Shown: positions 10,052-20,485 of the stretch, in pieces
How the letters are laid out: the number at the start of each line of letters is the position of its first letter
How positions within the stretch are numbered: position 1 is the stretch's first letter
Assembly: GCA_963790145.1 (NCBI GenBank)
Contig: CAWBNN010000002.1
Span: forward strand, 136,444-200,443
Length of the DNA: 64,000 bases
Reading direction: 5' to 3'
Source: an uncultured Actinomycetota bacterium
Lineage (GTDB): Bacteria > Actinomycetota > Actinomycetes > Propionibacteriales > Nocardioidaceae
Made by a program: the position numbers and the translations under genes
Notes under the pieces: generated by a model
Seen by the model: the letters and a program-made list of their open reading frames with translations, nothing else
Database searches by the model: none
Told to the model about the DNA's origin: nothing

Positions 10052-10135
10052 CGCGTCGGGCCGCGGTAGCCCCGGGTCCCAAAATTAGCCGCTTCGAGCG
10101 GCCACGCGCCGTGAGGCGCTTCCCGGCCCGACGCG
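10052..10135 (+). ncRNA. Candidate ~84-nt structured small RNA (multibranch)
   Basis: Perfect 12-bp closing stem 10052-10063/10124-10135; hairpins GCCGC-UUCGA-GCGGC and GCGCC-GUGA-GGCGC (GNRA); no ORF. Confidence 0.7.
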
Positions 10136-10151
10136 ACCCTCTCAGATCGCT

Positions 10152-11129
10152 TCAGCGGTGGGGCGCGAACGTCGTGTACGACTGCGCCGGCCGCCCGATC
10201 GCCGACAGCTCGTCGAGGTCATCTGGCGTCGGCGTCCAGTCGCCGGCAGCGGCGTTCGCCGCGATCTGCTCGGGCTTGGTGGCGCCGGCAATCACGCTCG
10301 ACACAGCCGGCTGCGCGGCGAGGCCGCCGATCGCCAGCTCGAGCACGGAGATGCCGCGCACCGCCGCGAACGACTCGAGCGCCTCGATCCGATCCCAGTC
10401 GGCGGCGGCCAAGCGCTTGGCCTGGGAGGACAGCGACAGACGCGTACCCGTGGGCGCAGCTTCGCCCCGGCGGTACTTGCCGGTCAGCAGGCCGTACGCG
10501 AGCGGGAAGTAGGGCAGCACGCCGACACCGAGCGCGAGGCAGGCGGGCACGAGCTCGGTCTCGGCGGTGCGGTTGTAGAGGGAGTACTCGTTCTGCGCCG
10601 TGACGAACGACTCGAGGCCGGCCGTCCGGGAGATCCAGTCGGCGTCGACGAGCTGCCACGCCTGCAGGTTGGAGCTGCCGATCGCCCGGACCTTGCCCTC
10701 CTTGACGAGCTCGGTCATCGCGCCGAGGGTCTCCTCGATCGGCGTCGAGGGGTCAGGCGTGTGCAGCTGGTAGAGGTCGATGTAGTCGGTGCCGAGCCGC
10801 TTGAGGCTCGCCTCAGCAGCCGTGCGCACGTATGTCGCGGTGCCGCGCCGGCCACCGTCATCGCCGTTGACGCCCTGCATGTCCATGCCGAACTTCGTCG
10901 CGACGACCACTTCGGCACGACGGCCCTTCAGCGCCTCGCCCAGGAGCTGCTCGCTCTGCCCGATGCCGTACGTGTCAGCGGTGTCGAAGAAGGTGATGTC
11001 GTGCTCGAACGCTGCGTCGACGACCGCCCTGGTCTGGTCGGCGTCGATGCGCGTGCCGAACGCGTTGCATCCGACGCCCACGGTCGAGACGGCGATGTCG
11101 CTGGTTCCTAGAGTGCGCGAGGTCGTCAT
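10152..11129 (-). CDS. Aldo/keto reductase
   Basis: FDTADTYG, ATKFG, SLKRLGTDYIDLYQLH, PLAYGLLTGKY. Confidence 0.95.
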   Translation of the reverse strand: MTTSRTLGTSDIAVSTVGVGCNAFGTRIDADQTRAVVDAAFEHDITFFDTADTYGIGQSEQLLGEALKGRRAEVVVATKFGMDMQGVNGDDGGRRGTATYVRTAAEASLKRLGTDYIDLYQLHTPDPSTPIEETLGAMTELVKEGKVRAIGSSNLQAWQLVDADWISRTAGLESFVTAQNEYSLYNRTAETELVPACLALGVGVLPYFPLAYGLLTGKYRRGEAAPTGTRLSLSSQAKRLAAADWDRIEALESFAAVRGISVLELAIGGLAAQPAVSSVIAGATKPEQIAANAAAGDWTPTPDDLDELSAIGRPAQSYTTFAPHR

Positions 11130-11194
11130 GCCCTCCAGCCTAGGCAGCGGGCCGATGCGGCTGGCGACCGTCTCGCCTCACGTACACTCGCCAG

Positions 11195-11539
11195 ATGTTC
11201 TCGAGGCCCGCAGCGCGCAGGATCGCCGCTGCCCTGACGGCTGCACTGGTCGCCGTCCTCCTCGTGACGTTCGGCGGGCCGACCCGGTCGCCGGCCCAAC
11301 GGCTCACCGTCTCTGGCACGAGCCAGGCCGGCACCGCCGTCAAGGCTGCACGGGTCCAGCACGCCATGCCTCCCGCTCACCACCATCAGACCCCGCTGCA
11401 CCTCGACCTCGCCACGACGCCGCCCAGCGCAGCAGCCGCCGTACGCGCGGCCGGGGCCATCGCAGCGACCCAGACCGATGTCGTACGCACCGGACGTGAG
11501 CTGGTCACCCCGACCGGACGGGCACCGCCGGCTCTCTGA
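11195..11539 (+). CDS. apdA: ApdA-like translation-arrest leader peptide (signal/TM segment, C-terminal RAPP)
   Basis: Hydrophobic N-terminal segment; ends ...TGRAPPAL-stop; 58 nt upstream of secDF. Confidence 0.8.
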   Translation: MFSRPAARRIAAALTAALVAVLLVTFGGPTRSPAQRLTVSGTSQAGTAVKAARVQHAMPPAHHHQTPLHLDLATTPPSAAAAVRAAGAIAATQTDVVRTGRELVTPTGRAPPAL

Positions 11540-11597
11540 GCCACCTCCGACCCCGTCCGTCCGCGCCATCATCGGCGTGTTTTCCGAAAGCTGATCC

Positions 11598-13898
11598 ATG
11601 TCCCGTGCACCTCTGTGGCGCGCCGCCGCCGCATTCGCCGTCGTCGCCGTCTCACTCCTCCTCGCCCTCACCAGCTCCGCCAAGCTCGGGCTCGACCTCA
11701 AGGGCGGCACCCAGATCGTCCTGCAGACCAAGGACACCGGTCGGGTCAAGGCTGACGCCGAGTCCACCGACCGGGCACTCAGCGTCCTGCGGGGCCGCGT
11801 TGATGCCCTCGGTGTCGCCGAGCCGACGTTGGCTCGTTCCGGCGAGAAGCGCATCATCATCGAGCTGCCCGGCGTGCAGGATCCCCGCGAGGCGGCCGAG
11901 GTCATCGGCCAGACCGCTCAGCTGACGTTCCACGAGGTGCTGCGGGTGCCGACCTCCCCCGACGAGAAGGCAGCGAAGGGAGAACAGCTCCTGCAGGACG
12001 AGACCGGCGCGCCGCTCATCGTCGGCAAGGCACTGCTCGACGGCAGCGGCGTCAAGGACGCGGCCGCCAACTCCGATCAACAAGGCCTTGGCCAGTGGAC
12101 CGTCGACGTCGACTTCAACGGCAAGGGCAGCGGCGGCTGGAAGCAGCTCGTGTCCGATGCCTGTGCCAACACCGCGGCCGGCAACCGTGTGGCGATCGTC
12201 CTCGACGACAAGGTCATCTCCTCGCCCGGCGTGGTGCCGCAGCTGTGCGCCTCCGGCGGCGGTGGCAGCACCAGCATCACCGGCGACTTCTCCCAGGCCG
12301 AGGCCAAGGACCTCTCAGTGCTGATCAAGGGCGGCGCGCTGCCGGTCGACGTCGAGACGATCGAGCAGCGCACCGTCGGCGCGACGCTCGGCGATGTCGC
12401 GATCAAGGCGTCGATCGAGGCCGCGATCATCGGCATCATCCTGACTGGCCTGTTCATCATGTTCGTCTACCGGCTCGTCGGGTTCCTCGCGACGATCGCC
12501 CTCGGCTCGTATGCCCTCATCTCGTACGGGCTGCTGGTCTGGCTCGGCGCCACGCTGACGCTGCCGGGTCTTGCCGGGTTCGTGCTGGCAATCGGCCTGG
12601 CGATCGACGCCAACGTGCTGGTGTTCGAGCGAGCGCGGGAGGAGTACGCCGAACGTACGGCCGCCGGCCTCTCCCCCGCGCTCAGCACGGGCTTCAACAA
12701 GGCCTGGTCGGCGATCATCGACTCCAACGTCACGACCCTGTTGGCGGCTGCGCTGCTGTTCTTCTTCGCATCGGGTCCGGTCAAGGGCTTCGGCGTCACA
12801 CTGTCGATCGGCGTCATCGCCTCGATGGTCTCCGCACTGGTCATCGCCCGCGTGCTCACCGAGTGGGCGATGCGTCGGGCGTACCTCCGCAGGCACCCCG
12901 CACTCACCGGCCTCGGTGGGACCGGACGGATCCGCAAGTGGCTCACCGAGAGCGGACCGGACCTGATGAAGCGCAGCGGCACGTGGATCGCCGTCACCCT
13001 GGTCGTCGCCGCCCTCTCGATCGGCGGCATCGCGCTGCGCGGACTCAACCTCGGTGTCGAGTTCACCGGTGGGCGCCTGCTCGAGTTCTCGACTTCGCAG
13101 CAGGTTGACGTCGAGGAGGCACGCGAAGCCGTCAGCGATGCTGGCTTCCCCAAGGCGGTCGTGCAGTCGTCCTCGGGTGACGGTGGCAACGAGAACGTCA
13201 CAGTGCGCGACGCCGGGCTCTCCAACGACGAGGCAGTCGAGATCCAGGAAGCTCTCTCGGGCGTCGCCGGAGACGTCTCGAAGGAACGGGACGAGCTCAT
13301 CGGCCCGAGCCTCGGCAAGGAGCTCCGCGACAAGGCCCTGATCGCGTTCGCCATCGCGATCGCCGCGCAGATGATCTATCTCGCCTGGCGGTTCCGATGG
13401 ACGTACGCCGCGGCGGCGGTGCTTTCGATGGCGTCGGTCGTGCTGACCGTCGTCGGCGTGTTCGCGTGGTGGGGCAAGCCGATCGATGGGGTGTTCCTCG
13501 CGGCGGTGCTGTCGATCATCGGTCTGGCGGTCAACGACACGATCGTGGTGTTCGACCGCATCCGCGAACATACGCGGGAGAACCGCAAGCGGCCGTTGCG
13601 GGGCGTCGTCAACGAGGCGATCCTGCAGACGATCCCCCGCACGATCAACACGGGGCTCGGCGCGATGTTCATCCTCGCTGCGCTGGCGGTGCTCGGTGGC
13701 GACTCGCTCACCGACTTCGCGATCGCGCTGCTGCTGGGGCTGTCGGTCGGTATCCTCTCGACGATCTTCACCGCATCGGCTCTGGCGGTCGTGCTCGAAG
13801 AGCGGTGGCCGTACGATCCGACGGATCCCGGCAATCGCGTCATCGATCCATACGCCAAGATCGATGACGGGCGGTCCAGCTCCGGAGCGGTCGTCTGA
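11598..13898 (+). CDS. secDF: Fused protein translocase subunit SecDF
   Basis: LGLDLKGG, GLAIDANVLVFER, IIDSNVTT, LGVEFTGG, NDTIVVFDRIRE. Confidence 0.97.
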   Translation: MSRAPLWRAAAAFAVVAVSLLLALTSSAKLGLDLKGGTQIVLQTKDTGRVKADAESTDRALSVLRGRVDALGVAEPTLARSGEKRIIIELPGVQDPREAAEVIGQTAQLTFHEVLRVPTSPDEKAAKGEQLLQDETGAPLIVGKALLDGSGVKDAAANSDQQGLGQWTVDVDFNGKGSGGWKQLVSDACANTAAGNRVAIVLDDKVISSPGVVPQLCASGGGGSTSITGDFSQAEAKDLSVLIKGGALPVDVETIEQRTVGATLGDVAIKASIEAAIIGIILTGLFIMFVYRLVGFLATIALGSYALISYGLLVWLGATLTLPGLAGFVLAIGLAIDANVLVFERAREEYAERTAAGLSPALSTGFNKAWSAIIDSNVTTLLAAALLFFFASGPVKGFGVTLSIGVIASMVSALVIARVLTEWAMRRAYLRRHPALTGLGGTGRIRKWLTESGPDLMKRSGTWIAVTLVVAALSIGGIALRGLNLGVEFTGGRLLEFSTSQQVDVEEAREAVSDAGFPKAVVQSSSGDGGNENVTVRDAGLSNDEAVEIQEALSGVAGDVSKERDELIGPSLGKELRDKALIAFAIAIAAQMIYLAWRFRWTYAAAAVLSMASVVLTVVGVFAWWGKPIDGVFLAAVLSIIGLAVNDTIVVFDRIREHTRENRKRPLRGVVNEAILQTIPRTINTGLGAMFILAALAVLGGDSLTDFAIALLLGLSVGILSTIFTASALAVVLEERWPYDPTDPGNRVIDPYAKIDDGRSSSGAVV

Positions 13899-13928
13899 TG
13901 CCGTGCCCCAGCCCCTAGGGTGTGGGGC

Positions 13929-14396
13929 ATGACCTCGACACCGCCGGAGCAGCCTGAGTCCGGAGACACCAACGAGCCGACCGTTCCGCTCGAGGGCGGC
14001 CAGCCTGACTACGGCCGGGTCAACCCCCCGCCGCCGGGTCAGGCGCCGCCGCCTCCTCCGGGCTACGGACCGCCTCCGGGCTACCAGCCGCCCCCCGGCG
14101 GCTACCCACCTCCGCCCGGGCACGCCTACGGCGCCCACGCCGGCGCTCCGTGGGGCGTGCACCCGGTCACGGGTGTCCCCTACTCGGACAAGCAGAAGCT
14201 CATCGCCGGCCTGCTGCAGATCCTGCTGCCGTTCGGCATCGGCCGCTTCTACATGGGCGACACCGGCACCGGAGTGGCTCAGCTCCTCGTCACGATCTTC
14301 ACCTGCGGCATCGGTGCGCTGTGGCCGTTCATCGACGGCATCATCATCCTCACAGGTGAGCCGAACGACTCCCAGGGTCGCCCGCTGCGCCCCTGA
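13929..14396 (+). CDS. Pro-rich TM2 domain protein
   Basis: PPPGY repeats, then SDKQKLIAGLLQI...GIGRFYMG. Confidence 0.88.
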   Translation: MTSTPPEQPESGDTNEPTVPLEGGQPDYGRVNPPPPGQAPPPPPGYGPPPGYQPPPGGYPPPPGHAYGAHAGAPWGVHPVTGVPYSDKQKLIAGLLQILLPFGIGRFYMGDTGTGVAQLLVTIFTCGIGALWPFIDGIIILTGEPNDSQGRPLRP

Positions 14397-14409
14397 TCAG
14401 GCTCAAGGT

Positions 14410-14418
14410 TTGTCCACA
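14410..14418 (+). promoter_or_regulatory. Single DnaA-box-like nonamer
   Basis: TTGTCCACA matches the actinobacterial consensus; isolated copy. Confidence 0.3.
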
Positions 14419-14470
14419 GCGCCTCGTCGGGGGCTGACAGGACGTCGCCTGTTTCGGTAGTTTCACGGGC

Positions 14471-14998
14471 ATGCGATTCGGGGGAATTGTCCTGGCGGTC
14501 CTGCTGACCCTTGGCGCGTGCGCGTCAGATCCGGAGCCCAAGGAGCCGAAGCGCACCGCCACCTCCGCAACGCCCACGGCAACCCCGCCGACCATGCCGG
14601 CGCAAGCCAAGGAAGACAGCCCCGAAGGTGCGGCGGCCTTCGTCAAGCACTACATCGACGTGTTCAACTACGCGTCGAACACCGGTGACGTGGCAGCAAC
14701 TGTCGAAGCTCTCGTCCCCCGACTGCAAAGCCTGCCAGAAGCTACGTCAAGCTCTATTGCGAACACCTACGAAAGCCGGTGGGTCTGTCAAAGGCTCTGA
14801 CTGGACGATCGAGCGACGTTCGAGGTCGAGCAGACTCGATGAATCCGTGCATTCGCCACGTCGATCGCCGCTGGGCACCTGCCGCGAAGCGAACAAGCGA
14901 TCAAGCCGGGCTGGGCGAGAACACCGAAGGTGCATCTTCACGTTAACGCAATGCTCGACGTGCGGGAGTATGGCTGAGTGCGAATCGGCAGGACCGTC
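14471..14998 (+). pseudogene. DUF6318-like lipoprotein, frameshifted after ~14690 (end approximate)
   Basis: Lipobox LGAC; EGAAAFVKHYIDVFNYASNTGD; continuation LSSPDCKAC and GGSVKG lies in another frame. Confidence 0.65.
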
Positions 14999-15721
14999 AT
15001 GAGGCGCTGCATCATTCTGCTGATCTGGCAGCGTGCTCGTGACAGCACCGGCCCTCGCCGATGCGGAGGTGGAGCACTGGCCATGGCCACCGAAGGCTCA
15101 TGCGCGTCCGTGGTGCAAAGCACGGCGAGTGACCGTCCCAGCGTCACTGGCGCCGAGCCGACCCACGTCCACGTGCCACAGAAGCCACAGCTCAAGTTCC
15201 ATTGCTTTCCGGATCGGCTCGAACCAGGGACACGGTGCGCACTGCGTGAGTTCGCTGACCCCGCAGAGCCGGAGGGCGCGGAGCTGACGGAGGGGGACGT
15301 CTTGCGGGCGGTGCGGGAGATCGGGTTGCCCAGCCTGCGGGTGCGGATCCAGCCCGGCGAGGAGACGCTCGTCAACATCCCGACGATCTTCTACACGCGG
15401 CCGCAGCCGTTCGAGCGCAGCATCACGCTGCTCGGCTTCGACATCGACCTGAGCGCCTCCCCGGTCCGCTACACGTGGGTGCACGACGACGGCACTGCGG
15501 CGACCACGAGCCGGCCCGGCAAGCCATACCCGGCGATGGACGTGACCCACCGCTACCGCAGGCCCGCTGAAGACGTGCGCCCGCGCGTCGATGTCACCTA
15601 TCGCGTTCGCTACCGCGTGGACGGCGGGGCGTGGCAAACCATCGGGCAGACACTGCAGGCATCCGGACCTGCCGCAGAGCTTGATGTCCGCGAGGCTGCG
15701 CCCGTGCTCACCAAGCCCTGA
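14999..15721 (+). pseudogene. Secreted PKD-like protein (usual DUF6318 partner) with scrambled N-half
   Basis: Signal peptide split across frames (MRRCIILLI / VLVTAPALA); intact C-half QPGEETLVNIPT, YTWVHDDG, PGKPYP, THRY, YRVDGGAW. Confidence 0.6.
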
Positions 15722-15765
15722 CGACGTCAGGATCTCAGTGAGCGGACGAGTGCAAGAATGACGAC

Positions 15766-17143
15766 ATGCCCATTGCAAACCACATCGTTGAGCTGATCGG
15801 CAACACCCCGCTGGTCCGCCTCAACTCGGTCACCTCCGCGGGATCCGCGACCGTGGCCGCCAAGGTCGAATACTTCAATCCCGGAGGCAGCGCCAAGGAC
15901 CGCATCGCGGTCAAGATGATCGACGCCGCCGAAGTCATCGGGAGCCCTCAAGCCGGGCGGCACGATCGTCGAACCGACCTCCGGCAACACCGGTGTCGGC
16001 CTCGCGCTCGTCGCCCAGCAGCGCGGCTATCACTGCATCTTCGTGTGCCCCGACAAGGTCAGCGAGGACAAGCGCAACACCATGCGCGCCTACGGCGCCG
16101 AAGTCGTGGTGTGCCCGACCGCAGTTCCGCCGGACCACCCCGACAGCTACTACAACGTCTCGGACCGCCTCGTCCGTGAGACCGAAGGCGCCTGGAAGCC
16201 TGACCAGTACTCCAACCCTGCCGGCCCCGAGAGCCACTACGAGACCACCGGCCCCGAGATCTGGGCCGACACCGACGGCAAGGTGACGCACTTCGTCGCC
16301 GGCGTCGGCACGGGCGGCACGATCAGCGGCGCGGGCCGCTACCTCAAGGAAGTCTCCGGCGGCAAGGTCAAGGTCATCGGCGCCGACCCCGAGGGCTCGG
16401 TCTACTCCGGCGGCACCGGTCGCCCCTACCTCGTCGAAGGTGTCGGCGAAGACTTCTGGCCCAGCGCGTACGACCCGGCCATCCCCGACCAGATCATCGC
16501 CGTCAGCGACGCCGACTCGTTCGAGATGACGCGTCGCCTGGCCCGCGAGGAGGGCCTGCTCGTCGGCGGCTCCTGCGGCATGGCAACGGTCGCGGCCCTG
16601 CAGGTCGCAGCGGAGGCCGGCCCCGACGCGCTGGTCGTCGTGCTGTTGCCCGACGGTGGCCGCGGCTACATGTCCAAGATCTTCAACGACGACTGGATGT
16701 CGTCCTACGGGTTCCTGCGCGAGCCGCTCGACGGCAAGGTGCACGAGATGACGGTCGGCGACCTGCTGCGCACCAAGTCCGGCGGCATGCCCGACCTCGT
16801 GCACACGCACCCGTCCGAGACGATCCGCGACGCGATCGAGATCCTCCGCGAGTACAACGTCTCGCAGATGCCGGTCGTCGGACCTGAGCCGCCGGTCGTC
16901 ATCGGCGAGGTCGCCGGCAGCGTCAACGAACGCGCGCTGATCAGCGCCGTGTTCGAAGGGCGCGCCCTGCTCACCGACGCCGTGTCGCAGCACATGGAAC
17001 CGCCACTCCCCCTGCTCGGCTCCGGCGAGAGCATCGACGAGGCGCTCGAGGCGCTCCACACCAGCGACGCCGTCATGGTCATCGAGGACGGCAAGCCGCT
17101 CGGAGTCCTGACCCGCCACGACCTGCTGGGAGTGCATGTATGA
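15766..17143 (+). CDS. cbs: Cystathionine beta-synthase with CBS domains; +1 frameshift near 15935
   Basis: IGNTPLV, KVEYFNPGGSAKDR in one frame; EPTSGNTG, GVGTGGT and CBS pair in another. Confidence 0.9.
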
Positions 17144-17223
17144 GCGAGCGCCAGCGAGCGAACAATGGGGCAGCACTCATGCCGGCACTTCCGTATCGTG
17201 GGTTGTCTGACGGGGGTGGCGGC

Positions 17224-17231
<8 letters not shown>
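17140..17231 (+). repeat. 84-bp in-frame insertion bounded by ATGAGCGA direct repeats at the cbs/metB junction (miniature-element-like)
   Basis: ATGAGCGA at 17140-17147 and 17224-17231; atypical composition between them. Confidence 0.5.
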
Positions 17232-18396
<1,165 letters not shown>

Positions 18397-18408
18397 CCTC
18401 GCTGGGAG

Positions 18409-19752
18409 TCAGGCGGTGCGTTCGTCGTTGTCCACGGCGATCGGCAGGCCCACCTGCTCGAAGTCGATCTCGGGCCGGGCGATGCCGGTCTCCTCGAGCG
18501 CGGTGAACTCGCTCGCCGTGAGCCGGCGCGTGTCGCCCTCGATCTGCTTGACCTCGCCCAGCAGCTTGGCCTCGTCGATGCCGTCGAGCTTGCGGGCGGT
18601 CACCAGCACGCGACCCTCGAGCGAGCCGGCGAAGTCGTTGTAGGAGCGGACCGTGGTCTCGATCGAGCGACCGAGCTTGGACACGTGGTCGGAGAGCTTG
18701 CCGAGGCGCTTGTAGAGCTCGCGGCCGAGGTCGACCAGCTCCTGGGCGTTCTCGGCAAGGTCCTCCTGCTTCCACGTCAGCGCGACGGTCTTGAGCGTTG
18801 CCCAGAGGTTGACCGGGGTGGCCAGCACGATGCCGCGGCTGAAGGCGTACTCCAGCAGGGTGGGGTCGGCGTCGAGCGCGGTGTTGAGGATCGCCTCGCT
18901 GGGAATGAACGCGATCGTGTATTCGGGGCTGACCGGCAGGCCCGTCCAATACTCCTTGCCGGCCAGGGCATCGACGTGCCCCCGGACCTGCTTGGCGTGC
19001 TGGGCCTGCAGGGTCTTGCGCTCGGTCTCGCTGATGTCCTCGCGGAACGAGTCGATGAACGCGCTGAACGGCACCTTGGAGTCGATCGCGACCTGCTTGC
19101 GGCCGGGCAGCTTGATCACCATGTCAGGGCGGCGGGCGCCGGAGTCGGCTGAGATCGACTCCTGCACCGAGTAGTCGATGCGGTTGAGCAGTCCGGCCGA
19201 CTCGACCAGCGTCTTGAGCTGGAGCTCGCCGTAGGCACCGCGCACGGAGTTGTTGCGCAGGGCGGCCGACAGCGTCTCGGCGGCCATCTTGGACTGCTCG
19301 GCGCTGTGCCGGGTCGCCCGGATCTGCGCAGCAAGGTCGCCGTGCTGCTCACTGCGCTGCTTCTCCAGGTCGAGCACCTTTTGCTGCATGTCCTTGAGCT
19401 GGGCCGCGACCGGCGCGAGCTTCTGGAGGACCTTGCTCTCGCCCTGTGCCGCGGCCTCACGCTGGCGGGTCTCGTTGCGGTGCGCCTCGAGCGTCTGGCG
19501 GTATTGCTCCTGCGCCTGGACGAGCTGCTCACGCAGCCCCTCGACGGATGCCTGTGCGGCCGCGAGCTGCTGCTCGATCTCCGCACGTATGACGGCCTCG
19601 TCGTGACGCACCTGTGAGATCACTGCCGCGTGACGCGCTTCGAGCACCTCGGGGTCGACCGATGACGGGGCGACCACGCCGGCGCGCCCGAACAACCAGC
19701 CGCCGACGAGGCCGAGCGCGAGTCCGACGAGAAGCACGATGACGAGTTCCAT
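18409..19752 (-). CDS. rmuC: DNA recombination protein RmuC
   Basis: N-terminal TM, coiled coil, RGAYGELQL, RPDMVIKLP, IDSKVP, FIPSE. Confidence 0.93.
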   Translation of the reverse strand: MELVIVLLVGLALGLVGGWLFGRAGVVAPSSVDPEVLEARHAAVISQVRHDEAVIRAEIEQQLAAAQASVEGLREQLVQAQEQYRQTLEAHRNETRQREAAAQGESKVLQKLAPVAAQLKDMQQKVLDLEKQRSEQHGDLAAQIRATRHSAEQSKMAAETLSAALRNNSVRGAYGELQLKTLVESAGLLNRIDYSVQESISADSGARRPDMVIKLPGRKQVAIDSKVPFSAFIDSFREDISETERKTLQAQHAKQVRGHVDALAGKEYWTGLPVSPEYTIAFIPSEAILNTALDADPTLLEYAFSRGIVLATPVNLWATLKTVALTWKQEDLAENAQELVDLGRELYKRLGKLSDHVSKLGRSIETTVRSYNDFAGSLEGRVLVTARKLDGIDEAKLLGEVKQIEGDTRRLTASEFTALEETGIARPEIDFEQVGLPIAVDNDERTA

Positions 19753-19758
19753 GGGGTC

Positions 19759-19780
19759 AGTCTCGCAACCGGGACCGACA
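19759..19780 (-). promoter_or_regulatory. RecA-NDp/PafBC-like promoter for rmuC
   Basis: Minus strand TGTCGGTC-N8-GAGACT, 6 nt before ATG. Confidence 0.6.
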
Positions 19781-19854
19781 CAATCGTGGAGACAGGCCGG
19801 TGACACTCCCGATCACCGGACGCGGAGCGTCCTCGACTGCCAGAATCGTCAACC

Positions 19855-20475
19855 ATGGCGACCGTGATGCTCTTGCTGGCCCACCCTCGAGCGACCAGCT
19901 ATTGCCATGCCTTGGCCGAGCGGATCGGCGAGCGACTGGTCGACCTGGGTCACGAAGTGCGGTCCCACGACCTGTATGCCGAGCTGTTCGACCCTGTGCT
20001 GACCGCTGAGGAGTCACACACCAGCGGCGAGGCGATCGAGTCGATCCTCGCCCGCGAGAACGACCCGTTGGTCGCGCTGCACCGCGAGGAGCTGCGTCAG
20101 GCCGAGGGTCTGGTCGTCGTACATCCGAACTGGTGGGGCATGCCGCCCGCGATCCTGACCGGCTGGATCGATCGCGTCGTCGTGCCCGGCGTCGCCTATC
20201 GCCTCGCGGAGGCCACCGGCTATCCCGAACCGCTGGCCCCGATCGCCGACCTGTTCGTCGTCAACACGTCCGACACCACCGACGAGCGGGAGCGCGACCT
20301 CTACAAGGATCCGCTCGCCTCGATCTGGGGGCGTTGCGTCGCGCCCTACCTCGGCGGACCACGGGTCACCCGTACGGTCCTGCGCCCGGTCGGCGACGCG
20401 ACGGCGGAGCAGCGCGTCGCGTGGCTCGACGAGGTCGACGCACTGGCAGCCAAGACATTCGGCACCGCCCCATAG
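19855..20475 (+). CDS. NAD(P)H-dependent flavodoxin-like oxidoreductase
   Basis: AHP, DLY...FDP, HPNWWGMPPAILTGWIDR. Confidence 0.9.
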   Translation: MATVMLLLAHPRATSYCHALAERIGERLVDLGHEVRSHDLYAELFDPVLTAEESHTSGEAIESILARENDPLVALHREELRQAEGLVVVHPNWWGMPPAILTGWIDRVVVPGVAYRLAEATGYPEPLAPIADLFVVNTSDTTDERERDLYKDPLASIWGRCVAPYLGGPRVTRTVLRPVGDATAEQRVAWLDEVDALAAKTFGTAP

Positions 20476-20485
20476 TCTGGCCGGT

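Noticed and set aside
10052-10135. tRNA or SRP RNA identity for the structured RNA
   Set aside because: No cloverleaf, anticodon arm or CCA, and no SRP helix-8 CAGG-GRAA-AGCA motif; kept as unknown ncRNA
12315-14162. 615-aa minus-strand ORF and similar long antisense ORFs (26590-28455, 32337-33809, 40902-42308)
   Set aside because: Mirror frames of well-supported genes
14410-14418. DnaA box as sign of an origin or datA-like site
   Set aside because: Single copy, no cluster or AT-rich unwinding region
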